The notes beneath the pieces are model-generated. The model made no database searches. It was not told the origin of the DNA and worked only from the letters and a program-made list of their open reading frames with translations. The translations under genes were made by a program, and so were the position numbers. 64,000 nucleotides of DNA from Tepidisphaera sp. (GTDB taxonomy: Bacteria > Planctomycetota > Phycisphaerae > Phycisphaerales > UBA1924): positions 2,816,001 through 2,880,000 of the forward strand of contig CP051526.1 of the NCBI GenBank assembly GCA_050916045.1, in the 5' to 3' direction. Numbering within the stretch: the stretch's first letter is position 1; the number at the start of each line of letters is the position of its first letter. Positions 37,499 through 48,450 of this stretch are shown here, in pieces.

Positions 37499-40201
37499 CT
37501 ACTTGGGCTCTTTGGCTTGGACAAGAGCCTCGGCGAAGGCTCTCCCGATCGGAGCCATGATCCTCGCCGCTCCGAGGTAGTGGTAGCCGCCGTTGGAGAC
37601 TCCAGTCCGAAGACTGCGGAGTTCCTCCGGCGTGAACTGTGCATCGATCTCCTTCTGGCGGGACTTTTGCTTGTCTTCTTCCGACATGCCCGGCGTCCGG
37701 TTGAACTGAGCTTCCAGTGCATCGTTCAGCCGGTCCATCCGCTGTTGGAGCATCTCGAGGTCGTCAGCCCAGAACGGAGCCGTCTCCACGACCAGGACGT
37801 TCCCCTTGAACTCTTCGAGGGCCGAAGGCTTCCGCTGGGCGCTGCGGAAGTGCATCATCGGAGCGTCTTTCTCGCCCCGCATGCCGTCGATGCCCATGAC
37901 GCCGATGACGAACGGCAGCTTCGGAGCCGAGAGGTCCTTGCGAACATCGCGGATGAGATGGCCGAGCAGGTCGGCGTAGAGGTCGTACCCGCCTGGCTTG
38001 TCCTGCATGGGGTACACCCCGCCATCAACGTAATCGTTGAACCCTTGGAACCAGACGAACCCGGCAAGTTCGTACCCCTGCTTCTCGTCGTAGTCGGGCA
38101 CCACACGCTTGATGTCTTTGAGCACCTTCTCCACGTGGGCGATCATCTCGCGGTAGTACACGCCGGTGGCGGCGGCCTTTTCCTCGAAGAATTTGGGCCG
38201 ATCCTCGGCTTTGGGAATACCGTGGGCACCGTCGGGATGCTTGTCCCAAAGATCCTGAGTTTCCTTTGCAAGGACGTATGGCCCGGCGCTCGGCGGGCGG
38301 AAATCGGTGTGCAGACTACGTCCGCCCCACGCGGTCTTGATGATCAGGATCGGTGCATCGACGGCTTTCTCCATGAAGATGCCGAACGTGAACTCGGGCC
38401 CGATCTTGTCTTCGGGAGCTCCAAATCCCGCGGTCAGCTTGCCCTTTGCTTCGGTCAGGTCGGAGTAAGCGTCGCCGAGGCAGCCGACCGAAGAGATCCA
38501 CACCCGCTCGCAGACGCGCGGCTTGCCGTCCGGCCCGCGCATCTCCTTGAGCAGGGGAGCGGTCTTGGGGTCCCCGGCCATCGAGTCGAACGTCGAGATA
38601 GCGGCGTGTCCCTGCATGTTCGACTGGCCCGCCAGGATGTACACCTTGAGCGGCTTGGCCGCGGAGACGGGCTTGCTCACCGGCGGGGGAGCGGCCCGCT
38701 TCTCCCTGCCAGTCATCACCAGTCCGCGCTTGGGAATCGTCAGGATGAACGCCGTCACGGACGAAGCCGTCATGCGAGAGTCCGAGCCGTACCCGGCGTT
38801 GTCGCGGTTGGGCTGATAGTAAAAGCTCCCATCCGTGCAGTGGGCCATCGTGAACCACCAGCGGTTCGCATCCATGACCTTGCGGAAGCTCTCGGCATCG
38901 ATGCTCGCCCCGAGCGCCGCATAGCCCATGCCCATCGCGGGTGAGCCGTGGGTGTCGGGGAAACTCTGCGGGTGCTTGCCGATCACCCGAGCGTGGAGCA
39001 GCGCTCGCTCAGAATACGTGGCGCCTTCGTGGGGAGAGAGGAAGTGCGCGATCGCCGCGGCGCCCGTCCGGCCCATATCGGCCCAGTTGTCCGGCCCCCC
39101 GCCCCTGCTATCGCCGTACCAGACATAACCGTTCTCGCCCGTGCCGCGCTTGATGAATTCGTACGCGGCGTCATGATTCACGCGATCGATCTTGATCCCG
39201 CAGCGGTGCATCAGCGAGTACGCCAGCGCCCCTTGGCCGGTGATCATCGTGATCGGCCCATAGCCCTCAAAGCCCGGGTTGTGCCCCCATCCGCCGTGCG
39301 CATCCATCGGCCCCTTCGGAAAGCTGTCCGGGTGCGACTCCTTGGCTTTCGGATTGATCTGCGACATCCGGAGGTACTGGCTCTTCGCGATGAGGTCGTG
39401 GACCTTCTGCAACTCTGGAAGCACCCACTTCTCGCCCGTCGCGAGGTGGTACTCACTGAGCACGATCGCCGCGCTCATGTGGTACCAGTTCTTCAGTCCG
39501 ATGTCGTCGCTGTTAGTCACGGCGACGTGATGCTTCACGTTCCGGTCGACGGCCGACCGGTACTTCGCTTCGCCGCTGGCAAGAAGAGCCAGCGGCGCGA
39601 ACGTGTTGTGCACCGGGTCGCCGAAGGAGCCGTCCTTCTGCTGATGAACCACGAGGTACTCAAGCAGCTCGCTCAGGATCAGATCCGACTTCCGGCAACC
39701 TTGCGGGAACGTCGGGGCGTACGTTCCGTACTTGGTCCCAACATCGAGGCTGACCTCGATGACCTGTTCGCCTCGCCGGAGCGTGAGTGCGAGCTTCCCT
39801 TGCTGGCCGGAACTCTGGCAGGCTTCAAGCACACCAGCGAGCTCGGAGATCGGACCGTCGGCTCCGAACACCGCTTCGCCGTACCCGTTGCGGTGATTCT
39901 CTTTGAAGCGTTCGCCGCCCGCACCGATGATGAGGTCGCCGACCTTGACCTGACCATCCGCGGGCGACTTGGGAAACACGTGCTTGATCAGCAGGGCCTT
40001 GGGCTCTTCCGGCACAAGCTGTGCCCGAAGCCCGGTGATGCCGAGGTTATAGAACCAGCCGGGCACTTCCGCGTCCGGCCCCGATTCGGCCACCTGGCTC
40101 CACGGGCGCTGCTCGCTGTAATCGACCTGCGCGTGCAGCGGCCATGCGAAGGAGAGGACCAAGAGACACGCAAGTCGGAGCACGCACATCTTCGATCTCA
40201 T
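37499..40201 (-). CDS. Secreted DUF6288/PDZ-like protein fused to a sialate O-acetylesterase (SASA) domain
   Basis: Signal peptide; YNLGITGLR..SPADG; C-terminal VYILAGQSNMQG, IGPEFTFG, IKTAWGG, WFQGFND, YHY. Confidence 0.8.
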   Translation of the reverse strand: MRSKMCVLRLACLLVLSFAWPLHAQVDYSEQRPWSQVAESGPDAEVPGWFYNLGITGLRAQLVPEEPKALLIKHVFPKSPADGQVKVGDLIIGAGGERFKENHRNGYGEAVFGADGPISELAGVLEACQSSGQQGKLALTLRRGEQVIEVSLDVGTKYGTYAPTFPQGCRKSDLILSELLEYLVVHQQKDGSFGDPVHNTFAPLALLASGEAKYRSAVDRNVKHHVAVTNSDDIGLKNWYHMSAAIVLSEYHLATGEKWVLPELQKVHDLIAKSQYLRMSQINPKAKESHPDSFPKGPMDAHGGWGHNPGFEGYGPITMITGQGALAYSLMHRCGIKIDRVNHDAAYEFIKRGTGENGYVWYGDSRGGGPDNWADMGRTGAAAIAHFLSPHEGATYSERALLHARVIGKHPQSFPDTHGSPAMGMGYAALGASIDAESFRKVMDANRWWFTMAHCTDGSFYYQPNRDNAGYGSDSRMTASSVTAFILTIPKRGLVMTGREKRAAPPPVSKPVSAAKPLKVYILAGQSNMQGHAAISTFDSMAGDPKTAPLLKEMRGPDGKPRVCERVWISSVGCLGDAYSDLTEAKGKLTAGFGAPEDKIGPEFTFGIFMEKAVDAPILIIKTAWGGRSLHTDFRPPSAGPYVLAKETQDLWDKHPDGAHGIPKAEDRPKFFEEKAAATGVYYREMIAHVEKVLKDIKRVVPDYDEKQGYELAGFVWFQGFNDYVDGGVYPMQDKPGGYDLYADLLGHLIRDVRKDLSAPKLPFVIGVMGIDGMRGEKDAPMMHFRSAQRKPSALEEFKGNVLVVETAPFWADDLEMLQQRMDRLNDALEAQFNRTPGMSEEDKQKSRQKEIDAQFTPEELRSLRTGVSNGGYHYLGAARIMAPIGRAFAEALVQAKEPK

Positions 40202-40584
40202 CGTCTCGTCCTCCTCGCGGGTCGCCGGTGATTGCCGAGCCCGCACGGCGCGTCGTCGCGGACTGAGCTCCGCACGGCGTCAGTATCGGGACTTTTTGCG
40301 GCAAAAGCAAGCGGCTCCCGACCGATGTGGACCGCCGTGGCGGGTCACCCGGGGCTCATCGACCCGGCGGTGGTGCCCCGATCCGGCCCAGAAGCCAGCG
40401 CAAGCAGCTGCAGCGGTCGGCGGCGGCATCACCGCCCGCGGTGACACCGACTTTACCACGCCGGCGAAGGAGACCAACACACCTCGAGCAGATGTTCGCT
40501 TGCGTGTAAGCACGATCACTGGGAAATGTGCTCTATCTCTTCGGGCGACGTACTGCCGAGGGGTGGGTGCGCTACAACAGCATC

Positions 40585-42348
40585 ATGGCATTCGAGAGAC
40601 GGCCCATTCCGGTCTTGCCCGACCGTAGGCGGTCGCCGTCCATCGTGCCGTATCTCTGGCGGTCTTATCCGGTCGGGCGGCAGGAGTTCTCGCGGGCGGT
40701 CGTGGGTCAGCCGCTGAAATTGTCGTTCTGGACCAACGATCACTTTCCCAAGCCGGTCCTTGCGGTTCTGGACACGACGCTCAACGCCCCGGGTGGCAAT
40801 AGGGATGGGAAGCCCGACGAATGGGTGTCGGTGCCGTTGGAGGAGTCCGATGACAGCGCTTTCACGTGCAGCATCACACCGTCGAAGACGGGGCTGTACT
40901 CTTTTCGGGCGCGGTGTTCGTTTGATGGTGGGGTGACGTGGATCCGCGACCCGGTGCCGGACGCGTGGGTGCTGGTGGATCCGCCGCAGATCGATGGGCT
41001 GAGGTTGTACACGCTTGTTCCTGCGGCATCGGGTTCGATTGCGGACTGGATCAGCGACTTGCCGCGCATCAAGGCGATGGGGTTCAACGCGGTGCACTTG
41101 CTGCCGGTGACGACGCTTGACGTGTCGCAAAGCCCGTATGCGGCGAGTGATCTGTTTGGCGTGGACCACCGGTACTTGAGCGGCGGCGGGAACCGCGACG
41201 GCCTGACGCAACTGGAGGCGTATGTGCAGCGGGCCCGCGAGCTCAAGATGGGCTTGTGCTTTGATCTCGTGCTGAACCATGTTGGCTCGCAGAGCGCGAT
41301 GGTGAAGCGTGCCCCTGAGTGGATCGTGCCCGATGCCAGCCGCGCTGACGGCAACAAGCGGGCGCGGTACTGGGCCGATGGCACATGGCGTTCGTGGGAA
41401 GATCTGGTGCTCATCAACTACGAGCATCCGTCGGAGATCGCGCGGGCTGAGCTTTGGGCGTACATGATCGAGTACGCGCTCTTCTGGGGCAAGTACGCCG
41501 ACGCGACGGGTGGGTTCGTGCGCTTTGACAACCTGCACAGCGGCAACCCGCGGTTCGTGGAAGCGGTCACTCGTGCGCTGCGCGAGGCTTACCCGTCGCT
41601 TGGAGTGATCGCGGAGTACTTTACAGATGAAGGGACGCTGCTCAGCAACGTGCCGGACTGGCGGCTGAACCTTGTGATGGCGATGCCTTGGAACTCCAAG
41701 TTTGTACCGGAGCTGCGGGCGTACGTGCAGTATCTGCACCGCATCTCCGACCACGTGCGGTACTTCATGCCCATCACCTCGCACGACTCGGGCTCGCCGG
41801 GGCAGGAGTTTGGCGGTGCGGAGTCGACGGTGCCGCGGTACGTGGCGGCCGCGCTCCTGGGTACGGGCGCGACGGGGATCGTGCAGGGCGTTGAGAGCGG
41901 CGTGGCGGAGAAGGTGCGGTTCATCGGGCCCAGCGAGCGGATGATCCCGGGCGGGAAGCCGCGGTTTGCGACGTTCCTCGCGACGGTCAACGGATTGCTC
42001 GCGGAGCACGACGCGTTCCGAACGGGCGGCAACTGCCAGTTCGTCGACCACGGGCACGACGCGATCATCGCGGCGTATCGCCGCAACCCCGGGCTGTGCT
42101 TTGATTCGAAGACGACCGGCCCGGCGGCGGAGGGCGGGTTCCTGGTGGTGTGCAACTTTGACACGCGGGCGATGCAGCGGATCGAGATTGATCTGAGGCG
42201 GGTGTTGGGTGGAACCCGCGCCGGAAGGTTCGTGGGCGAGGAGCTGCTGGCCGGCCTCGCGAGCGAGCGGGCGAGCTATGAGGATGAGCGGTTCACGCTC
42301 ACGCTGCCGCCGTGCGGGGCGATGGTGATTCGCTTTCGTCGGTGCTGA
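40585..42348 (+). CDS. GH13 alpha-amylase-family glucanotransferase/debranching-like enzyme
   Basis: GFNAVHLLPV, QSPYA, FDLVLNH, VRFDNLHS, IAEYFT, TSHDS. Confidence 0.85.
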   Translation: MAFERRPIPVLPDRRRSPSIVPYLWRSYPVGRQEFSRAVVGQPLKLSFWTNDHFPKPVLAVLDTTLNAPGGNRDGKPDEWVSVPLEESDDSAFTCSITPSKTGLYSFRARCSFDGGVTWIRDPVPDAWVLVDPPQIDGLRLYTLVPAASGSIADWISDLPRIKAMGFNAVHLLPVTTLDVSQSPYAASDLFGVDHRYLSGGGNRDGLTQLEAYVQRARELKMGLCFDLVLNHVGSQSAMVKRAPEWIVPDASRADGNKRARYWADGTWRSWEDLVLINYEHPSEIARAELWAYMIEYALFWGKYADATGGFVRFDNLHSGNPRFVEAVTRALREAYPSLGVIAEYFTDEGTLLSNVPDWRLNLVMAMPWNSKFVPELRAYVQYLHRISDHVRYFMPITSHDSGSPGQEFGGAESTVPRYVAAALLGTGATGIVQGVESGVAEKVRFIGPSERMIPGGKPRFATFLATVNGLLAEHDAFRTGGNCQFVDHGHDAIIAAYRRNPGLCFDSKTTGPAAEGGFLVVCNFDTRAMQRIEIDLRRVLGGTRAGRFVGEELLAGLASERASYEDERFTLTLPPCGAMVIRFRRC

Positions 42349-42398
42349 GGCCGTCACTCCCGGCCGCCGTGGGCGCTCGTCAGCTCTCTGACCCGCGA

Positions 42399-42418
42399 AT
42401 GGTGGACATTTCCCCTAT
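42399..42418. promoter_or_regulatory. 20-bp regulator-box copy upstream of the efflux operon
   Basis: Reverse complement ATAGGGGAAATGTCCACCAT; 16/20 match to 52116-52135. Confidence 0.55.
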
Positions 42419-42528
42419 GGCGATCGGGGCACGGCGGGTTCACAGTCTGATGTTCACGACTCGACCGCGGTGAGCGTGGCGCTCGGGTGGCGCTGCGTGC
42501 GGCGTGCGGACCGATGCGGTGATGCTTC

Positions 42529-44088
42529 ATGATTGACACGGTGCCACTTCCTGCGGCGGAAACCACGCGTGCCGGAGATTGTGCGACTGTGGATGATCGA
42601 CGATGCCATTTCAGCGTACCCGGGCCTCGCGCTGTGTTCCCGCGCGATGGCCGGGCACGAGTTGTCCGGTGTGCGGGACGGCTCGTGCGGGCAGTGCTCG
42701 TGAGCGTGGCGTCGACGCACGGGGGATGCTCGGTCGCGCCGGCCTATGAGCGGCCAGCATCGCCGGTGGCGACGGTGTTCCCGGGGCAGGTTGGCGCTGC
42801 GGCGGGCGACGGGGCCACGCTGGCCGCGGGGCTTGGGTGGCGGGAGTACTTCGCGGATGCGGAGCTTCGGGGTGTGATTGCCGCCGCGCTCGAGAACAAT
42901 CGAGACGTGCGCATGGCGACGGCGCGGATCGCAGAAGCCCGCGCGGTGTACGGGATCCGGCGGGCGGACCAGCTGCCCACGGTGAATGCGGGGGCCGCGG
43001 GGGCGCGGTCGCGGACGCCCGCAGATCTGTCGCCGACGGAGCGTGCGCTCACGTCCAGCCAGTATCGGGCGACGCTCGGCGTGACCGCGTGGGAGGTTGA
43101 CCTATGGGGGCGGGTGCGCGATCTCAAGGAAGCGGCGCTCGAGGAGTATCTGGCGACGGAAGAAGCTCGCCGGGCGGTGAGAATCACGCTGGTGTCGCAG
43201 GTGGCCGACGCGTATCTGGTGATCTGCGAGATCGAGGAGCGGCTCGCGCTGACGCGGCGGACGATCGCGACGCGCGAGGAGTCCGCTCGCATTGCTCGGC
43301 GGCGGTATGAGGTTGGGTCGGTCTCGAAGATTGACCCCACGCAGGCCCAGACGATCCTGGGGCAGGCCCGTGCGGAACTGGCTGTGCTTGAGCGGCAGCG
43401 CGAGCTCGCTCGCAATGCGCTGGTGCTGCTCGTGGGGACGCCGGTCGAGAGCGGCAGGAGCTCGCTGGCGGCTTCAGAGTCCGGGATGGTGAGCGGGCTT
43501 GCGCCGGGTTTGCCTTCGGAGGTGCTCGTCCTGCGGCCGGATGTGCTGGCGGCGGAGCATCGGCTGATGGGGGCCACGGTGAGCATCGGAGCGGCGCGGG
43601 CGGCGTTCTTTCCGCGCATCGCGCTGACGGGCGACCTTGGCGTCGCCAGCGTCGGGCTTGACAGTCTGTTCTCGGCGAGCGGGCGGGTGTGGACATTCGG
43701 GCCGTCGATCTCGGTGCCGCTGTTTGATGGCGGGCGGAACGCATCGAATCTGGATCTCGCGGTCGCGCGGCAGACCATCGCTTTGGCGCAGTACGAACGC
43801 ACGGTGCAGGTGGCGTTCCGCGAGGTGGCCGATGCGCTGGCGGGGCGGCGTTGGCTGACGGAACAGGTGTCGCTGCAGCGCGAGGTGCTCTCGTGGCAGA
43901 CGGAGCGTTCGCGGCTGGCGGAGCTGCGGTACCGCCAAGGGGCCGCACCGTACCTGGAGGTGCTCGACGCGCAGCGCGACTTGTTCGCGGCGGAGCAGGC
44001 TCTCGTGCAGGCACGGCGGCAACTGCTTTCGGCGGGTGTCGCGCTGTACGCGGCGCTGGGCGGTGGTGATCTGGAGACGACCCCGTGA
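42529..44088 (+). CDS. Outer-membrane efflux lipoprotein (NodT/OprM family); true start uncertain
   Basis: GGC lipobox-like, WREYF.D..L..ALENNRD, WEVDLWGRVR, RPDVLAAEHRL..ARAAFFPRI, ALGGG. Confidence 0.92.
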   Translation: MIDTVPLPAAETTRAGDCATVDDRRCHFSVPGPRAVFPRDGRARVVRCAGRLVRAVLVSVASTHGGCSVAPAYERPASPVATVFPGQVGAAAGDGATLAAGLGWREYFADAELRGVIAAALENNRDVRMATARIAEARAVYGIRRADQLPTVNAGAAGARSRTPADLSPTERALTSSQYRATLGVTAWEVDLWGRVRDLKEAALEEYLATEEARRAVRITLVSQVADAYLVICEIEERLALTRRTIATREESARIARRRYEVGSVSKIDPTQAQTILGQARAELAVLERQRELARNALVLLVGTPVESGRSSLAASESGMVSGLAPGLPSEVLVLRPDVLAAEHRLMGATVSIGAARAAFFPRIALTGDLGVASVGLDSLFSASGRVWTFGPSISVPLFDGGRNASNLDLAVARQTIALAQYERTVQVAFREVADALAGRRWLTEQVSLQREVLSWQTERSRLAELRYRQGAAPYLEVLDAQRDLFAAEQALVQARRQLLSAGVALYAALGGGDLETTP

Positions 44089-45686
44089 GTGAAACGCGAG
44101 AGCCGACGAGACCGGACATGATGACCGCCGCAGCACGGCGGGCGCTGGTGACGGCGCTGGTCGGCGAGATCGTGGCCAGGAGCGAGGACTCCGCCGCCAC
44201 GGCCACGCTGGAGCGAGCGATGCTCGGGTACCTGGCGGAGGTGGCCGGCGCGGGCGATGCCGCACCGCCCGTGCCTGACGGCATGGGCGACGGAAGCACG
44301 AGGACGTCTTCAGGGAATATCGGTCCTTTGTGCGGGTCCGCTCAGCCCTTGGCAGGAACGTCCAAGCCTTCAACGGATGCCGTTGACCCTTTGACAAGAG
44401 CCGTAGAGCCCTTCACAAGAGCCGTGAATCCCTTCACAAGAGCTGTAGACCCTTCGACAAGAGCTGTCGGCACGCCGATGACGGGCGTCGCCGTGCCGGG
44501 CGAGGCTGTCGCAGAGACCACAAGCCCCACCACTCCCCCCACCTCTCCCCCCACCAGTCCCCCAATCGCTCGCGCAGCTTCTGCGCCGGCCAGCTCTGCC
44601 GTGCCACAGTCCCGGATCACTCCGGCACTTCGACGGATCGCGTGGGGTGCGGTCGCGCTCCTTGTCGTTGGCGCAGGCATCGGGCTTTGGTGGTGGCTCA
44701 AGCCCAGGACGCTGGGCGAGGGGTTCGTCAGCGGCAACGGGCGCATCGAGGCGGTGGAGATTGATGTAGCGGCCAAGGCGGCCGGGCGTGTCACGGCGGT
44801 CCTCGCCGACGAGGGTGACTTCGTGACGGCCGGGCAGGTGATCGCCGAGATGGATGCGAGCGTGCTGACGGCTCAGAAGCAGGAAGCGCTCGCGCGGCTC
44901 GAGCAGGCCGGGAGCGCGGTGGAGACCGCGATCAGTCAGGTTGCGCTGCGCGAGAGCGAGCGTGCGGCGGCGCGTGCGGTGGTGATGCAGCGGGAAGCGG
45001 AGCGTGACGTCGCTCGCAAGCGTGCGGCGCGGTCAGAAACACTCTCGCTGGAGGGCGCGACGTCGATCCAGGAGCTCGATGACGACCGCGCGCGCGTCGA
45101 GAGCGCCTCGGCGGCGATCGCGGCGGCGGAGGCGCAGGTCGCCGCGAGTGATGCGGCGATCGCGACGGCGCAGTCGCAGGTGCTCGGCTCGCGTGCGTCG
45201 GTGCTGGCCGTGGCAGCGACGGTGGCTCGACTGTCGGCCGATATCGAAGACCTGACGCTGAAGGCGCCGCGCGACGGACGGGTGCAGTACCGCGTCACCG
45301 AGGCGGGCGAGGTGGTGGGCGCGGGGGGCAAGGTGCTCAACATGATCGATGTCAGCGATGTGTACCTGACGTTCTTCGTGGCCGAGACGGTCGCGGGGCG
45401 AGTGGCGATCGGCAGCGACGTGCACATCGTGCTGGATGCCGCGCCGCAGTACGTGATCCCCGCGAAGGTGACGTACGTCGCGAGCACGGCGCAGTTCACG
45501 CCCAAGACCGTCGAGACCGCCAGCGAGCGGCAGAAGCTGATGTTCAGAGTGAAGGCGAACATCGATCGTGACCTGCTCCAGAAGCACCTCACGCTCGTCA
45601 AGACGGGGTTGCCGGGCGTGGCGTGGCTCAAGCTCGACGCGACCGCGGCGTGGCCCGCGTCGCTCGAGATCAAGGTTCCGCAATGA
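44085..45686 (+). CDS. HlyD-family adaptor (YhiI-like) with long low-complexity N-terminal extension
   Basis: [45 protein letters not shown]. Confidence 0.9.
   Translation: MSETREPTRPDMMTAAARRALVTALVGEIVARSEDSAATATLERAMLGYLAEVAGAGDAAPPVPDGMGDGSTRTSSGNIGPLCGSAQPLAGTSKPSTDAVDPLTRAVEPFTRAVNPFTRAVDPSTRAVGTPMTGVAVPGEAVAETTSPTTPPTSPPTSPPIARAASAPASSAVPQSRITPALRRIAWGAVALLVVGAGIGLWWWLKPRTLGEGFVSGNGRIEAVEIDVAAKAAGRVTAVLADEGDFVTAGQVIAEMDASVLTAQKQEALARLEQAGSAVETAISQVALRESERAAARAVVMQREAERDVARKRAARSETLSLEGATSIQELDDDRARVESASAAIAAAEAQVAASDAAIATAQSQVLGSRASVLAVAATVARLSADIEDLTLKAPRDGRVQYRVTEAGEVVGAGGKVLNMIDVSDVYLTFFVAETVAGRVAIGSDVHIVLDAAPQYVIPAKVTYVASTAQFTPKTVETASERQKLMFRVKANIDRDLLQKHLTLVKTGLPGVAWLKLDATAAWPASLEIKVPQ
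44316..44483 (+). repeat. 21-bp tandem repeats in the HlyD extension
   Basis: Four near-identical units GCYGTNRANCCYTYSACAAGA at 44379-44462 ([28 protein letters not shown]) with degenerate flanking units. Confidence 0.8.
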
Positions 45687-48448
45687 CGAGGGCGCCCGCA
45701 CACCATGTGGCATCGGCCGCGCCGGTCGCGAGCCTGATCGGCGTGAGTCTGCGTTATCGCAAGGCGGTCGCGCTGGATGACATCACGATTGAGCTGCCCA
45801 TGGGGTGCATGGTCGGGCTGATCGGTCCGGATGGCGTGGGCAAGTCGAGCGTGCTCTCGCTGATCGCCGGAGCGAGAAAGGTGCAGAGCGGGCGGGTGGT
45901 GGTGCTGGGGGGTGACATGTCCAGCGCGGCGCATCGACGTCGCGTCTGCCCGAACATCGCGTACATGCCCCAGGGACTGGGAAAGAACCTCTACCCGACG
46001 CTTTCGGTCGAGGAGAACCTGCAGTTCTTCGCGCGGCTCTTTGGACACGCGGCACAGGAGCGCAGGCGGCGCATCGATGAACTCACGGGTCGCACCGGGC
46101 TTTCCGGATTCCTCTCGCGGCCGGCGGGCAAGCTCTCGGGGGGGATGAAGCAGAAGCTTGCGCTCTGCTGCGCGCTGATCCATGATCCGGATCTGCTCAT
46201 TCTCGACGAGCCGACGACGGGCGTTGATCCGCTTGCACGGGCGCAGTTCTGGGAGCTGATCACACACATCCGCGGCGAGCATCCCGGGATGAGCGTGCTT
46301 GCGGCGACCGCCTACATGGATGAGGCACGCGGGTTTGACTGGCTCATCGCGATGAACGCGGGGCGAGTCCTTGACGCCGGCACGCCGGAGTCGCTGCTGG
46401 CACACACGCAGACGGCGTCGCTTGATACCGCGTTCATCGAGATGCTGCCCGAGGAGCTTCGGCACGGCCATCGGGCCGTGGCGCTGCCGCCGATGGTGGT
46501 TGACCGGAATGCCCCGGTGGCTGTGGAAGCGGTCGGCCTGACCAAACGGTTTGGGAGCTTCGTCGCCGTTGACAACGTCAGCTTCCGGATTCTGCGTGGA
46601 GAGATCTTCGGGTTCATCGGCTCAAACGGGTGCGGCAAGTCCACCACGATGAAGGTGCTGACGGGGCTGCTCCCGGCGAGCGAGGGTCGGGCTACGTTGC
46701 TTGGAGCGGAGGTCAACGCGGCCGACATCGCCACCCGTCGCCGCGTCGGCTACATGTCACAATCGTTCTCGCTCTACACCGAGCTCTCGGTGCGACAGAA
46801 TCTGGTGCTGCACGCACGCCTCTTCACAGTACCCGCGGCGGAAGTCCCCGCTCGGGTCGCTGAGATGATCCGTCGGTTCGGCCTCGAAGGTGTCGCGGAG
46901 TCGATGCCGGGCGACGTTCCGCTCGGCGTGCGGCAGCGTCTCTCGCTCGCTGTCGCGATGGTGCACAAGCCGGAGCTGTTGATTCTCGATGAGCCGACAT
47001 CCGGCGTGGACCCGATCGCACGTGACGAGCTATGGCAGTTGATGATCGATCTCGCCCGTCAGGATCGTGTGACGATCTTCATCTCAACGCACTTCATGAA
47101 TGAGGCCGGGAGATGCGACCGCGTGGCGCTGATGCACGCCGGGCGCATGCTCGCGGTCGGCGCTCCAGACGACCTCGTTCGAGCGCGAGGGGCGTCAACT
47201 CTGGATGACGCGTTCATCGGGTACCTGCTGGAAGCCGGCGCCGGAACGGAGGCTCTGGTCGTGGCTGTGCCTGCGGTGAGAGGTGCGGTGGCGGGCAGAT
47301 CGTCTGTCGCGGATGGGGCGTTCTTCAGCCCGATGCGGGCGTGGAGTTGCTGCCTGCGTGAGACGCTTGAGCTGCGCCGCGACCCGGTGCGTGCCACGCT
47401 TGCACTGGTCGGAACGGCCCTGCTGATGTGCGTTGTGGGGTATGGCATCAGTCTTGATGTCGAGGATCTGAAGTACGCTGTTCTGGACAGGGATCAATCC
47501 GCGCTGAGCCAGAACTACGCTCTCAACCTGTCCGGCTCGCGCTACTTCATCGAGTGTGCACCGCTCGCCGACTATGTCTCGCTGGACCGGCGGATGCGAT
47601 CCGGCGAGTTGGCCCTGGCAATCGAGATCCCTTCAGGGTTCGGGCGGGACGTCGCTCGCGGGCGGCCGGTGGAAGTCGGGGCGTGGATCGACGGAGCCAT
47701 GCCGCGGCGAGCCGAGACCGTCGGGGCGTATGTCCGCGGCATGCACCAGGGCTGGCTTGCGGACATCGCCACCCATCGCGTCGGCCAGAACTCCCCCGTA
47801 AGGGCCGCGACGATCGAGACTCGGTTCCGGTACAACCCGGATGTCAAGAGTCTGCCGGCGATGGTGCCGGCGGTCATCCCGATGCTGCTGCTGATGATCC
47901 CCGCGATGCTCGCGGCGTTGTCCGTCGTGCGGGAGAAGGAGATGGGGTCCATCGTCAATCTGTATGTCACGCCCGTGACTCGCAGCGAGTTCCTGCTTGG
48001 AAAGCAGTTCCCGTACATCGTGCTGGCCATGCTGAACTTTGGGCTGATGACGTTGCTGGCGGTTACGCTCTTTGATGTACCGGTCAAGGGCGACATCGCA
48101 GCGCTGACGGTCGCCGCGCTCTTGTTCGTGGGATTCTCGACGAGCTTTGGGCTGCTCGCGTCAACGTTCACGCGAAGTCAGGTGGCGGCGATGTTCCTGA
48201 CGTTCATCGGCACCATGGTTCCGGCGGTCCAGTTTGCCGGGATCATCAACCCGGTCTCGTCGCTGGAGGGCGTAGGAGCGTTGATCGGCGGCAGCTATCC
48301 GGCTTCACACTTCCTGACCATCAGTCGGGGTGTCCTCAACAAGGGCCTGGGCTTCAGCAGCCTCCAATCGTCGTTCTTGCCGCTGGCTGCTGGCATGGTC
48401 GTCGTCGTGTCGCTCGCGATCGCTCTCCTCAAGAAGCAGGAGGCGTAG
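45683..48448 (+). CDS. rbbA: RbbA-type double-ATPase plus permease ABC protein
   Basis: [25 protein letters not shown], second [28 protein letters not shown]. Confidence 0.92.
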   Translation: MTRAPAHHVASAAPVASLIGVSLRYRKAVALDDITIELPMGCMVGLIGPDGVGKSSVLSLIAGARKVQSGRVVVLGGDMSSAAHRRRVCPNIAYMPQGLGKNLYPTLSVEENLQFFARLFGHAAQERRRRIDELTGRTGLSGFLSRPAGKLSGGMKQKLALCCALIHDPDLLILDEPTTGVDPLARAQFWELITHIRGEHPGMSVLAATAYMDEARGFDWLIAMNAGRVLDAGTPESLLAHTQTASLDTAFIEMLPEELRHGHRAVALPPMVVDRNAPVAVEAVGLTKRFGSFVAVDNVSFRILRGEIFGFIGSNGCGKSTTMKVLTGLLPASEGRATLLGAEVNAADIATRRRVGYMSQSFSLYTELSVRQNLVLHARLFTVPAAEVPARVAEMIRRFGLEGVAESMPGDVPLGVRQRLSLAVAMVHKPELLILDEPTSGVDPIARDELWQLMIDLARQDRVTIFISTHFMNEAGRCDRVALMHAGRMLAVGAPDDLVRARGASTLDDAFIGYLLEAGAGTEALVVAVPAVRGAVAGRSSVADGAFFSPMRAWSCCLRETLELRRDPVRATLALVGTALLMCVVGYGISLDVEDLKYAVLDRDQSALSQNYALNLSGSRYFIECAPLADYVSLDRRMRSGELALAIEIPSGFGRDVARGRPVEVGAWIDGAMPRRAETVGAYVRGMHQGWLADIATHRVGQNSPVRAATIETRFRYNPDVKSLPAMVPAVIPMLLLMIPAMLAALSVVREKEMGSIVNLYVTPVTRSEFLLGKQFPYIVLAMLNFGLMTLLAVTLFDVPVKGDIAALTVAALLFVGFSTSFGLLASTFTRSQVAAMFLTFIGTMVPAVQFAGIINPVSSLEGVGALIGGSYPASHFLTISRGVLNKGLGFSSLQSSFLPLAAGMVVVVSLAIALLKKQEA

Positions 48449-48450
48449 CC

